A stretch of 61,209 nucleotides of DNA, counting the filler, from Nemertoderma westbladi (taxonomy: Eukaryota; Animalia; Xenacoelomorpha), in assembly GCA_032718475.1 (NCBI GenBank). It is 3 parts of 3 records of this genome, joined end to end, with 100 filler letters (N's around TTAATTAATTAA, not from the genome) between each part and the next. Parts side by side here need not be neighbours in the genome. Positions count along the whole stretch, not along the records: positions 16,573 to 43,685 come from JAUCBJ010005884.1; 2 more parts are not named here. One strand, given 5' to 3'. Position 1 is the stretch's first letter, and every line of letters starts with the position of its first letter. The position numbers and the translations under genes were made by a program. Below, piece after piece: positions 22,955-34,459 of the stretch. The notes beneath the pieces are model-generated. The model was given only the letters and a program-made list of their open reading frames with translations, had not been told where the DNA came from and made no database searches.

Positions 22955-25900
22955 TAATTCTCAGTAAGTAATTGGTAAATCTCCTAATTCTCAAAGTATT
23001 TAGTAAATCTCCTAATTCTCAAAGTATTTGGTATACTCATAATTCTCAAAGTATTTGGTAAATCTCCTAATTCTCAAAGTAATTGGTAAATCTCCTAATT
23101 CTCAAAGTAATTGGTAAATCTCCTAATTCTCAAAGTATTTGGGAAATCTCCTAATTCTCAAAGTAATTAATAAATCTCCTAATTCTCAAAGTAATTGGTA
23201 AATCTCCTAATTCTCAAAGTAATTGGTAAATCTCCTAATTCTCAAAGTATTTGGTAAATCTCCTAATTCTCAAAGTATTTGGGAAATCTCCTAATTCTTA
23301 AAGTAATTAATAAATCTCCTAATTCTCAAAGTAATTGGTAAATCTCCTAATTCTCAAAGTATTTGGTTAATCTCCTAATTCTCAAAGTAATTAATAAATC
23401 TCCTAATTCTCAAAGTAATGGATAAATATCCTAATTCTCAAAGTATTTAATAAATCTCATTATTCTCAAAGTAATTGGTAAATCTCCTAATTCTCAAAGT
23501 ATTTGGTAAATCTCCTAATTCTCAAAGTAATTGGTAAATCTCATAATTTTTAAAGTATTTGGTAAATCTCCTAATTCTCAAAGTAATTGGTAATTCTCCT
23601 AATTTTTAAAGTATTTAGTAAATCTCCTAATTCTCAAAGTATTTGATAAATCTCCTAATTCTCAAAGTAGGCCTATTTGGTAAATCTCCTAATTCTCAAA
23701 GTATTTGGTAAATCTCCTAATTCTCAAAGTAATTAATAAATCTCCTAATTCTCAAAGTAATGGGTAAATATCCTAATTCTCAAAGTATTTATCAAATCTC
23801 CTAATTCTCAAAGTAATTGCTAAATCTCATTATTCTCAAAGTAATTGGTAAATCTCCTAATTCTCAAAGTATTTGGTAAATCTCCTAATTCTCAAAGTAA
23901 TTGGTAATTCTCCTAATTTTTAAAGTATTTAGTAAATCTCCTAATTCTCAAAGTAATTGGTAAATCTCCTAATTCTCAAAGTAATTGGTAAATCTCATAA
24001 TTCTCAAAGTATTTGATAAATCTCCTAATTCTCAAAGTATTTAGTAAATCTTCTAATTCTTAAAGTAATTGGTAAATCTCATAATTTTTAAAGTATTTGG
24101 TAAATCTCCTATTTCTCAAAGTATTTGGTAAATCTCCTAATTCTCAAACTATTTGGTAAATCTCCTAATTCTCAAAGTAATTGGTAAATCTCCTAATTCT
24201 CAAAATATTTGGTAAATCTCCTAATTCTCAAAGTATTTGGTAAATCTCCTAATTCTTAAAGTATTTAGTAAATCTCCTAATTCTTAAAGTATTTGGTAAA
24301 TCTCCTATTTCTCAAAGTAATTGGTATATCTCCTAATTCTCAAAGTATTTGGTAAATCTCCTAATTCTCAAACTATTTGGTAAATCTCCTAATTCTCAAA
24401 GTAATTGGTAAATCTCCTAATTCTCAAAGTATTTGGTAAATCTCCTAATTCTCAAAATATTTGGTAAATTTCCTAATTCTCAAAGTAATTGGTAATTCTC
24501 ATAATTTTTAAAGTATTTGGTAAATCTCCTAATTCTCAAAGTAATTGGTAATTCTCATAATTTTTAAAGTATTTGGTAAATCTCCTAATTCTCAAAGTAA
24601 TTGGTAAATCCCCTAATTATTGAGGTATTGGTAAATCTCCTAATTCTCAAAGTATTTAATAAATCTCCTATTTCTCAAAGTAATTGGTAATTCTCCTAAT
24701 TCTCAAAGTAATTGGTAAATCTCATAATTTTTAAAGTATTTGGTAAATTTCCTAATTCTCAAAGTAATTGGTAAATCCCCTAATTATTGAGGTATTGGTA
24801 AATCTCCTAATTCTCAAAGTATTTGGTAAATCTCCTAATTCTCAAAGTATTTAATAAATCTCATTATTCTCAAAGTATTTGGTAAATCTCCTAATTCTCA
24901 AAGTATTTAGTAAATCTTCTAATTCTCAAAGTATTTAGTAAATCTCCTAATTCTCAAAGTATTTGGTAAATCTCCTAATTCTCAAAGTATTTGGTAAATC
25001 TCCTAATCATTGAGGTATTGGTAAATCTCCTAATTCTCAAAGTATTTGGTAAATCTCCTAATTCTCAAAGTATTTAATAAATCTCATTATTCTCAAAGTA
25101 TTTGGTAAATCTCCTAATTCTCAAAGTATTTAGTAAATCTTCTAATTCTCAAAGTATTTAGTAAATCTCCTAATTCTCAAAGTATTTGGTAAATCTCCTA
25201 ATTCTCAAAGTATTTGGTAAATCTCCTAATTATTGAGGTATTGGTAAATCTCCTAATTCTCAAAGTATTTGGTAAATCTCCTAATTCTCAAAGTATTTAA
25301 TAAATCTCATTATTCTCAAAGTATTTGGTAAATCTCCTAATTCTCAAAGTATTTAGTAAATCTTCTAATTCTCAAAGTATTTAGTAAATCTCCTAATTCT
25401 CAAAGTATTTGGTAAATCTCCTAATTCTCAAAGTATTTGGTAAATCTCCTAATTCTCAAAGTATTTAATAAATCTCATTATTCTCAAAGTATTTGGTAAA
25501 TCTTCTAATTCTCAAAGTATTTAGTAAATCTCCTAATTCTCAAAGTATTTGGTAAATTTCCTAATTCTCAAAGTAATTGGTAAATCCCCTAATTATTGAG
25601 GTATTGGTAAATCTCCTAATTCTCAAAGTATTTGGTAAATCTCCTAATTCTCAAAGTATTTAATAAATCTCATTATTCTCAAAGTATTTGGTAAATCTCC
25701 TAATTCTCAAAGTATTTAGTAAATCTTCTAATTCTCAAAGTATTTAGTAAATCTCCTAATTCTCAAAGTATTTGGTAAATCTCCTAATTCTCAAAGTAAT
25801 TGGTAAATCTCCTAATTCTCAAAGTAATTGGTAAATCTCCTAATTCTCAAAGTATTTAATAAATCTCATTATTCTCAAAGTATTTGGTAAATCTCCTAAT

Positions 25901-27015
25901 TCTCAAAGTATTTAGTAAATCTCCTAATTCTCAAAGTATTTGATAAATCTCCTAATTCTCAAAGTATTTAGTAAATCTCCTAATTCTCAAAGTAATTGGT
26001 AAATCTCCTAATTCTCAAAGTATTTGGTAAATCTCCTAATTCTCAAAGTATTTGGTAAATCTCCTAATTCTCAAAGTATTTGGTAAATCTCCTAATTCTC
26101 AAAGTATATAGGTAAATATCCTAATTCTCAAAGTAATTGGTATATCTCCTAATTCTCAAAGTATTTGGTAAATCTCCTAATTCTCAAACTATTTGGTAAA
26201 TCTCCTAATTCTCAAAGTAATTGGTAAATCTCCTAATTCTCAAAGTATTTGGTAAATCTCCTAATTCTCAAAGTAATTGGTAAATCTCCTAATTCTCAAA
26301 GTATATAGGTAAATATCCTAATTCTCAAAGTAATTGGTATATCTCCTAATTCTCAAAGTATTTGGTAAATCTCCTAATTCTCAAACTATTTGGTAAATCT
26401 CCTAATTCTCAAAGTAATTGGTAAATCTCCTAATTCTCAAAGTATTTGGTAAATCTCCTAATTCTCAAAGTAATTGGTAATTCTCCTAATTTTTAAAGTA
26501 TTTGGTAAATCTCCTAATTCTCAAAGTAATTGGTAAATCCCCTAATTATTGAGGTATTGGTAAATCTCCTAATTCTCAAAGTATTTAATAAATCTCCTAT
26601 TTCTCAAAGTAATTGGTAAATCTCCTAATTCTCAAAGTATTTAGTAAATCTTCAAAGTATTTGGTAAATCTCCTAATTCTCAAAGTATTTGGTAAATCTC
26701 CTAATTCTCAAAGTAATTGGTAAATCTCCTAATTCTCAAAGTATTTGGTAAATCTCCTAATTCTCAAAGTAATTGGTAAATCTCCTAATTCTCAAAGTAT
26801 TTGGTAAATCTCCTAATTCTCAATGCAATAGGTAAATCTCCTAATTCTCAAAGTATTTGGTAAATCTCCTAATTCTCAAAGTAATTGGTAATTCTCCTAA
26901 TTCTCAAAGTATTTGGTAAATCTCCTAATTCTCAAAGTAATTAATAAATCTCCTAATTTTCAAAGTATTTGGTAAATCTCCTAATTCTCAAAGTAATTGG
27001 TAAATCCCCTAATTA
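22955..27015. repeat. 28-bp intronic satellite, left part
   Basis: Unit tggtaaatctcctaattctcaaagtatt, ~145 copies. Confidence 0.97.
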
Positions 27016-27109
27016 GTTTATTCTTTAATTGTCAAGCTGAAGTAAAAACCTTACCGGTAGGTATGCAAGTACAGTACGATACAAATACTAAAATAAAAAG
27101 CAACTAATC

Positions 27110-27180
27110 AGTGATCAGCTGACGGCTGTCAGCTGATCAGTAGGTTTCGCCCCAATGGGGGCTTTCTCAAGTAGCTAGTG
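27110..27180 (-). ncRNA. Putative variant minimal hammerhead ribozyme in the PLE 3' region
   Basis: Minus strand CUUGAGAAA-GCCCC-CAUU-GGGGC-GAAAC, then a 12-bp hairpin (UGAUCAGCUGAC-AGCC-GUCAGCUGAUCA). Stems I and III could not be assigned cleanly by eye. Confidence 0.55.
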
Positions 27181-27256
27181 CTAGAAAGGAGACAATAGAT
27201 AGAAGTTCCCAAGGGAGACAGGACGGTAAAGTGAAACAAGGTAGAAGTGTATCCGT

Positions 27257-29756
27257 CTAACCACTGGGAAGCAGCACCTCAAACTTACGCCAATCACGTT
27301 TCTGCTTGTTAATAGCTGGCTGGCGAGTGCGTATATAAAACACTTCTAGTTTTTGCAGGACAGGACGCAAAGGGTGCCGTGCAATAACCTTGAAGTGTTT
27401 GAACAACTCTCGCCAGTCGGTCAACCGACGTGTGTTGGGCTCCCCGCGGTGCGTCATGATATGGTTGTGAACTGTCTTGCCTTGTTCACTACCATCATTG
27501 GCCGACCCGTCTTGATGCTGTCTAACGCGTTCAAATAAGTGTTGGATGGTATGTCCAACATATTCCCCCTTACAAGAGGGACAAGCAAATGAATACACGA
27601 CGTTAGAAGCCAGAATATCGGGAACCGGATGTTTCAATGATGGCAGTGATTGGCGCAGTTTGGCAGTTGTGTAAACAAACCGCACTGGCCGTGCGCAAGA
27701 TCTCGGTACTAGACCACGTAGACTACGAACGAAAAGTTCGGTAGCCCGACCGCGGTACTCAAACTTACAGATGATAGGCCTGGGATTATCTACGGGTGCT
27801 GGATCCACCAGGTCAATGACCTCAGTGGGTGCAACCGCAGTCACCTCGCTCTCACTACAATTGCCAGGACGCCCCCTAGCGGCACGGACGGCGGTAAGCT
27901 CGCGTTGAATCATCGCATTCGTATATTGGTTATTGCTAAGAATGGTGTTAGCTTCGCCAATTGCAGTATGGAGCTGGGAGCCATCCCCGCCCTTACTGAC
28001 GTTGAAAATGCGATGAAACATTCCACGAACTACCCCCCGTTTGTATGCCTCAGGGGCACACGCAGTAGCATTAAGAACAAGCCCGGTATCTGTAGGCTTG
28101 CGGTACCACGCCGTCGCAAGCGCGTGGTCAGTACGGGACACAACCAAATCCAGGAAAGGCAAGCGGCCCTGTTCCTCCAACTCAAGTGTAAACTTAAGAT
28201 TGGGGTGGAGGGCATTGACCTCTCTCAGCTTCTCAGTGGGGTCGTTACTACCAACGCTAAACACGTCATCAACGTACCTATCGCTAACTTGGTACCCGCT
28301 GCGATCTGCTCATCGAACTGTGACAGAAAGATGTTGGCGAGTATGGGACCCAAAGGGGAGCCCATGGCGACACCATCCCTCTGACAACGGTAATTACCAC
28401 GGTGATCCAGGAATACAACATCCTGTGTAGCAACCAACATAAGACGAATAAATTGGTCCTTGTTGATAGGCTGGTCAGGATGTTGCTCGTACAGTAGATC
28501 AGCAGCAAGCTGCACCGCCTCCTTGAGTGGAACGTTAGTGAATAAACTCACTACGTCCAGGGAGTAGAGGCGGTCCGTGGGTTCTACCTCCATCTCGGCG
28601 AGACGATCGGCAGCCCCGGCGCTGTTACTGCCAATCCTACCCTCTGGCAGCGCCTGCAACATGTCCCTGAGGTACTCAGCGACAGGGTGGTAGATGCTGC
28701 CGGGCATTGAAGTTATCGGGCGGAGGGGGACACCATCCTTGTGGACCTTAGCGAGGCCGTACAGCCTCGGGGGAGTAGTATCCTTGCGCGGTAGTAACTT
28801 GGCTAGGAGTTCCTTACTCTCCTTACCCACAATACTGGTGACCTCGTCCCGTATAACCTCGGCCCTACGACGGTAAATATCGATCTTCACAGCACCCGGG
28901 CGGCCTGGAGGGGGACCAAACTTGGCGGGGTCGGCGATGAGATTATCAGCCTTGGTCAGATACGACTCCTTCCTCATAACACAATAGCCGTTCCCCTTGT
29001 CAAACGGCACAGCAATCAGGCCCTGTTGCTTCAGATAACGCGCGGTAGTAGCGACAGCATCTGACTGCCGCTGTAAGCGCATTAACCTGGCGTAATTCTG
29101 GGAATGGTGTGACACACTTACTTTGTCAGCATCAGTGGCGCGGGTGAAATAATCTACCTGAGAGTAGAAGAGTGCGGTGTCAAACTTGGTTTTGACCGGG
29201 TTCTTGGCCCCAAGTCTGAGCACCGACTCAACCGTCTCAGGCAGAACAATACCATCCTCGCACCGGACTGTGCCGTGGACATTAAGTAAGGGTGTCCCTT
29301 GGCTTCCGGCCCACCACCTAAATTTCTCGTCCTGGTCGGCCCTCCGCCGCTCGAGTTTACCGTTACACCAGGTGTTAGCCTGGTGGACGGCATCCTCAAT
29401 CAGCTGAGAGTCTCCCAGTCGAGTGGCAAGGTGATGCTTGGTACTCTCCACACGACCCTCTGCAGCCTTCAGCTCATTCACCCTCCTAGCTATGGTTGTG
29501 TTTAGCAACCGCAGCTGAAAGGCCCGAATAGCATCAGGTTCTGCAAATGGACGAGATGGAGGTACCTTGAATGCCAGAAACCGCGGCACCACACCCGAAT
29601 CACTACAACGGGTTAAGAAAACCGTGACAGTGGCAAGGTTCCCCGCTTTGAGAACCACATCTCTATTCTATACCTGAGGAACGTTCTCCACTCCCCCTTC
29701 CCACGTAGCGCAGCCACGAAGTCAGTGGGAAAAGGGTTCGATCCACCGGCAGCCAT
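27257..29756 (-). pseudogene. PLE RT-GIY-YIG ORF (~830 aa reconstructed) with two frameshifts
   Basis: Motifs DKGNG, PRLYGLAKVHKDGVPLRPI, SLDVVSLFTNVP, GVAMGSPLGPILANIF, RYVDD, LPFLD, YRKPT, then VVYSFACPSCKGEYVGHT..RVRQH. Frameshifts at ~29665 (ATAGA duplication) and ~28280 (just before RYVDD). Confidence 0.9.
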
Positions 29757-29990
29757 CCCAACCAACCCAACCACTGAAAAATAACACCCAAGGAGGACAA
29801 CGAACCTATTCAACTTCAAATACATATGTGCACACTGGACAAGCACAACAAACAATATGATCCTAATAGACGATTCAACAATACTCCAATAATTACGTCA
29901 AAATATAACTCAATACAGAAAAATGTTCAAATAAATCGATGATCAAATAAATAATGAAAGACTAAAAAGAAGGTTAATAAAAAGAATAAA

Positions 29991-32475
29991 ATTATCGAGG
30001 TATTGGTAAATCTCCTAATTCTCAAAGTATTTAATAAATCTCCTAATTCTCAAAGTAATTGGTAAATCTCCTAATTCTCAAAGTATTTGGTAAATCTCCT
30101 AATTCTCAAAGTAATTGGTAAATCTCCTAATTCTCAAAGTATTTAGTAAATCTTCAAAGTATTTGGTAAATCTCCTAATTCTCAAAGTAATTGGTAAATC
30201 TCCTAATTCTCAAAGTATTTAGTAAATCTCCTAATTCTCAAAGTATTTGGTAAATCTCCTAATTCTCAAAGTATTTGGCAAATCTCCTAATTCTCAAAGT
30301 AATTGGTAAATCTCCTAATTCTCAAAGTATTTGGTAAATCTCCTAATTCTCAAAGTATTTGGTAAATCTCCTAATTCTCAAAGTAATTGGTAAATCTCCT
30401 AATTCTCAAAGTATTTGGTAAATCTCCTAATTCTCAAAGTATTTGGTAAATCTCCTAATTCTCAAAGTAATTGGTAAATCTCCTAATTCTCAAAGTATTT
30501 GATAAATCTTCAAAGTATTTGGCAAATCTCCTAATTCTCAAAGTAATTGGTAAATCTCCTAATTCTCAAAGTATTTGGTAAATCTCCTAATTCTCAAAGT
30601 ATTTGGTAAATCTCCTAATTCTCAAAGTAATTGGTAAATCTCCTAATTCTCAAAGTATTTGGTAAATCTCCTAATTCTCAAAGTATTTGGTAAATCTCCT
30701 ATTTCTCAAAGTAATTGGTAAATCTCCTAATTCTCAAAGTATTTGGTAAATCTCCTAATTCTCAAAGTAATTGGTAAATCTCCTAATTCTCAAAGTATTT
30801 GGTAAATCTCCTAATTCTCAAAGTATTTGGTAAATCTCCTAATTCTCAAAGTATTTGGTAAATCTCCTAATTCTCAAAGTAATTTCTAAGTCTCATTATT
30901 CTCAATTTATCAAATCGCCTAATTCTTAAAGTATTTGGTAAATCTCCTAATTCTCAAAGTATTTGGTAAATCTCCTAATTCTCAAAGTAATTGGTAAATC
31001 TCATAATTCTCAAAGTATTTGGTAAATCTCCTATTTCTCAAAGTAATTGGTAAATCTCCTAATTCTCAAAGTATTTGGTAAATCTCCTAATTCTCAAAGT
31101 ATTTGGTAAATCTCCTATTTCTCAAAGTAATTGGTAAATCTCCTAATTCTCAAAGTATTTGGTAAATCTCCTAATTCTCAAAGTAATTGGTAAATCTCCT
31201 AATTCTCAAAGTATTTGGTAAATCTCCTAATTCTCAAAGTATTTGGTAAATCTCCTAATTCTCAAAGTATTTGGTAAATCTCCTAATTCTCAAAGTAATT
31301 TCTAAGTCTCATTATTCTCAATTTATCAAATCGCCTAATTCTTAAAGTATTTGGTAAATCTCCTAATTCTCAATGTAATAGGTAAATCTCCTAATTCTCA
31401 AAGTATTTGGCAAATCTCCTAATTCTCAAAGTATTTGGTAAATCTCCCAATTCTCAAAGTAATTGGTAAATCTCCTAATTCTCAAAGTATTTGGTAAATC
31501 TCATAATTCTCAAAGTAATTGTTAAATCTCCTAATTCTCAAAGTATTTGGTAAATCTCCTAATTCTCAAAGTAATTGGTAAATCTCCTAATTCTCAAAGT
31601 AATTGGTGAATCTCCTAAATCTCAAAGTAATTGGTAAATTTCCTAATTCTCAAAGTAATTGGTAAATCTCCTAATTCTCAAAGTAATTGGTAAATCTCCT
31701 AAATCTCAAAGTAATTGGTAAATCTCCTAATTCTCAAAGTATTTATCAAATCTCCTAATTCTCAAAGTAGTCGATAAATCTCCTAATTCTCAAAGTATTT
31801 GGTAAATCTCCTAATTCTCAAAGTATTTATCAAATCTCCTAATTCTAAAAGTAATTGGTAAATCACATTATTCTCAAAGTATTTATCAAATCTCCTATTT
31901 CTCAAAGTATTTATTAATCTACTAATTCTCAAAGTAATAGGTAAATCTCCTAATTCTCAAAGTAATTGGTAAATCTCCTAATTCTCAAAGTAATTGGTAA
32001 ATCTCCTAAATCTCAAAGTAATTGGTAAATCTCCTAATTCTCAAAGTATTTATCAAATCTCCTAATTCTCAAAGTAATTGGTAAATCTCCTAAATCTCAA
32101 AGTAATTGGTAAATCTCCTAATTCTCAAAGTATTTATCAAATCTCCTAATTCTCAAAGTAATAAATTGGTAAAGCTCATTATTCTCAAAGTAGTCGATAA
32201 ATCTCATAATTCTCAAAGTATTTGGTAAATCTCCTAATTCTCAAAGTATTTATCAAATCTCCTATTTCTCAAAGTATTTATTAATCTCCTAATTCTCAAA
32301 GTAATAGGTAAATATCCTAATTCTCAAAGTAATTGGTAAATCTCCTAATTCTCAAAGTAATTGGTAAATCTCCTAAATCTCAAAGTAATTGGTAAATCTC
32401 CTAATTCTCAAAGTAATTGGTAAATCTCTTAATTCTCACAGTATTTGGTAAATTTCATTATTCTCAAAGTAATTT
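29991..32475. repeat. 28-bp intronic satellite, right part
   Basis: Same unit and orientation as 22955-27015. Confidence 0.97.
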
Positions 32476-32605
32476 ATAAATATATATTTGAAAGATCATT
32501 GGGACCTGTAACTTTACACTTTGTGTAAGCCCCCTAGGCCAACTATAATTGCCATTGATTTAGCTTATAAAATTAGACCCAAATCAATTTAAATTGTTTC
32601 TCTAG

Positions 32606-32713
32606 ATTTCAGAATTATCTCCTTGGAAAGGAACAGGGGTTGGCGCAACACTCTGGCGAACCTTGAATTGGGTAAATTCAATCGATTCTAAAGAGCCTTT
32701 GGAGCGGGTACCG
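32606..32713 (+). CDS. Internal exon (36 aa) of the ESCO-like gene
   Basis: tttctctag| ISELSPWKGTGVGATLWRTLNWVNSIDSKEPLERVP |gtatgt; phase 0-0. Confidence 0.7.
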
Positions 32714-33091
32714 GTATGTATTTATTCACCTACAAAGACAATATAATAATTAATGACTTTCCTGTTATTAATTAGCCTAATTAATTAATGTGTTTGTTAA
32801 ATCTGTGGTGGATTGAGTTTATACTTTAATTTCCTCGTTCAATATTGAAACTAAACTGAAAATAAAATTAATAAAAATTGATTCAGTTCCCAACCACTAC
32901 AAACCAGCAAGTAGTACACAGATGTTCTCAAATAATTGTTTTTAAGAGGTTTTTAGCCTATCTGAGTGACAGTGATTGACAGCTTACACTTAGACGAACC
33001 ATTTACTGACGGAAGACTTTGCGTGCAGGTAGCAGTAAGGTAAACCGAGTCAACCGACATGTAATTCATAATGTTATCAATTATTATTCAG

Positions 33092-33463
33092 GATAAAAGC
33101 GATGACATTGAGACGAGTGATCCTATTAAACAAACAGACTCCAGAACCACAGAGAGGTTATTACTGCCGGACTCAGAATTATTACCGGCAGATCGACTAG
33201 TTAAGGAACATCATCTCTCTAGTGATCGCATTCTATTAGAAAGTTCAGAATCACAAAACAAGAATAAACTTGTTCAAGTTAGCCCTCAAAATTCTAATAC
33301 TTTATCTGATTTACGTGAATTGAACTCGGAAACAGTAACTGATATAGTTGAACCCAATCCGGAATCACAACTTCAAACAGTTCCGACGGACATAACATCT
33401 AAACTTCTCGTAGTCTCAGAGCGATCTCCTCCCGTTACTACCGGTACTAATATACCGAATAAG
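33092..33463 (+). CDS. Internal exon (124 aa) of the ESCO-like gene
   Basis: ttattcag| DKSDDIETS...TNIPNK |gtttgt; phase 0-0; lies within ORF 33071-33487. Confidence 0.75.
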
Positions 33464-34013
33464 GTTTGTAGTCGGTCTGAAACATAAACTAAGTAACCAA
33501 CTATACTGTATCTGCGTACAATTTAGGTCAATATTCTTAGTTCTGTTAATTTTTATTGTATTTAATTAATTAATTTATTTGACTGCAACAAATTACTAAG
33601 ATACAGGTTTTTGGTTATTCGTGAACACAAAAACTTTATTCATTGTTGGGACAAATTGATTTTATTCGCTGCCTCGTGTATTTTTGTGTTTCGTTTCATG
33701 TTGGTGTTATAAAATAAATTAATTTCAAGCGATCTGTTAGTTTGCTGGTGTTTAGTTAGCGTTTAGTTAATTATAAATAAAATATTTTTATTTTTTGGGG
33801 TTTAAATAATAATTCACTATATTTAAGAATGGCGCAACCTTTCATACTTTGGCCTCAAGCATTTGTACATTGTGTCTCCTACGATATTGCACCAGTTACA
33901 CTCAGACTCAGTTATTATTGAAGCATTTAGCTATTCGCTTGAATGAAATTCTAAACCGAGATAGTTTGTCTTTCCGTACTTCTTATTGGGTGAGTGGAAG
34001 ATTAGAAGATAAA

Positions 34014-34238
34014 TGTTTGTTTGTTTGTTTGTTTGTTGTTTGTTTGTTTGTTTGTTTGTTTGTTTGTTTGTTTGTTTGTTTGTTTGTTTGTTTGTTTGTT
34101 TGTTTGTTTGTTTGTTTGTTTGTTTGTTTGTTTGTTTGTTTGTTTGTTTGTTTGTTTGTTTGTTTGTTTGTTTGTTTGTTTGTTTGTTTGTTTGTTTGTT
34201 TGTTTGTTTGTTTGTTTGTTTGTTTGTTTGTTTGTTTG
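34014..34238. repeat. (GTTT)n microsatellite, ~55 units
   Basis: Direct inspection. Confidence 0.98.
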
Positions 34239-34289
34239 AAATAAACTAAGTAAAAATTGACTAAGTAAATAGAAACTCGTTTATTTCAG

Positions 34290-34421
34290 CCACCGGACTC
34301 AGACGCTCCGATTGTTAGTCGCAACTCCTGCGAGGTGTGCGGTATGGACTACGATAGCGCTGAGGAATTATCTCTCCATACTAAATACCATCGTCGCTAT
34401 ATGGACGTCCTCAAATTCAAT
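34290..34421 (+). CDS. Exon encoding an Eco1/ESCO-like C2H2 zinc finger
   Basis: tttatttcag| PPDSDAPIVSRNSCEVCGMDYDSAEELSLHTKYHRRYMDVLKFN |gttagt. CxxCGMxY...HxxxH followed by ..Y...LKF resembles the ESCO finger that precedes GWKxER. Confidence 0.7.
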
Positions 34422-34459
34422 GTTAGTTATATTGTTTTATGTCTAAGCCTACTGTTATT

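Larger units (their letters stand above)
27016..29990 (-). mobile_element. Penelope-like retroelement (C-terminal GIY-YIG type), near full length
   Basis: Sharp junctions with the satellite on both sides; AATTA/ATTA duplicated at the site; encodes PLE-type RT and GIY-YIG endonuclease. Confidence 0.93.

Noticed and set aside
27257-29756. Selenocysteine-containing or N-terminal-endonuclease (Naiad/Chlamys-type) PLE
   Set aside because: The endonuclease is C-terminal and the breaks are frameshifts, not in-frame TGA codons.
33849-34249. ORFs with CLFV repeats
   Set aside because: (GTTT)n microsatellite translation.
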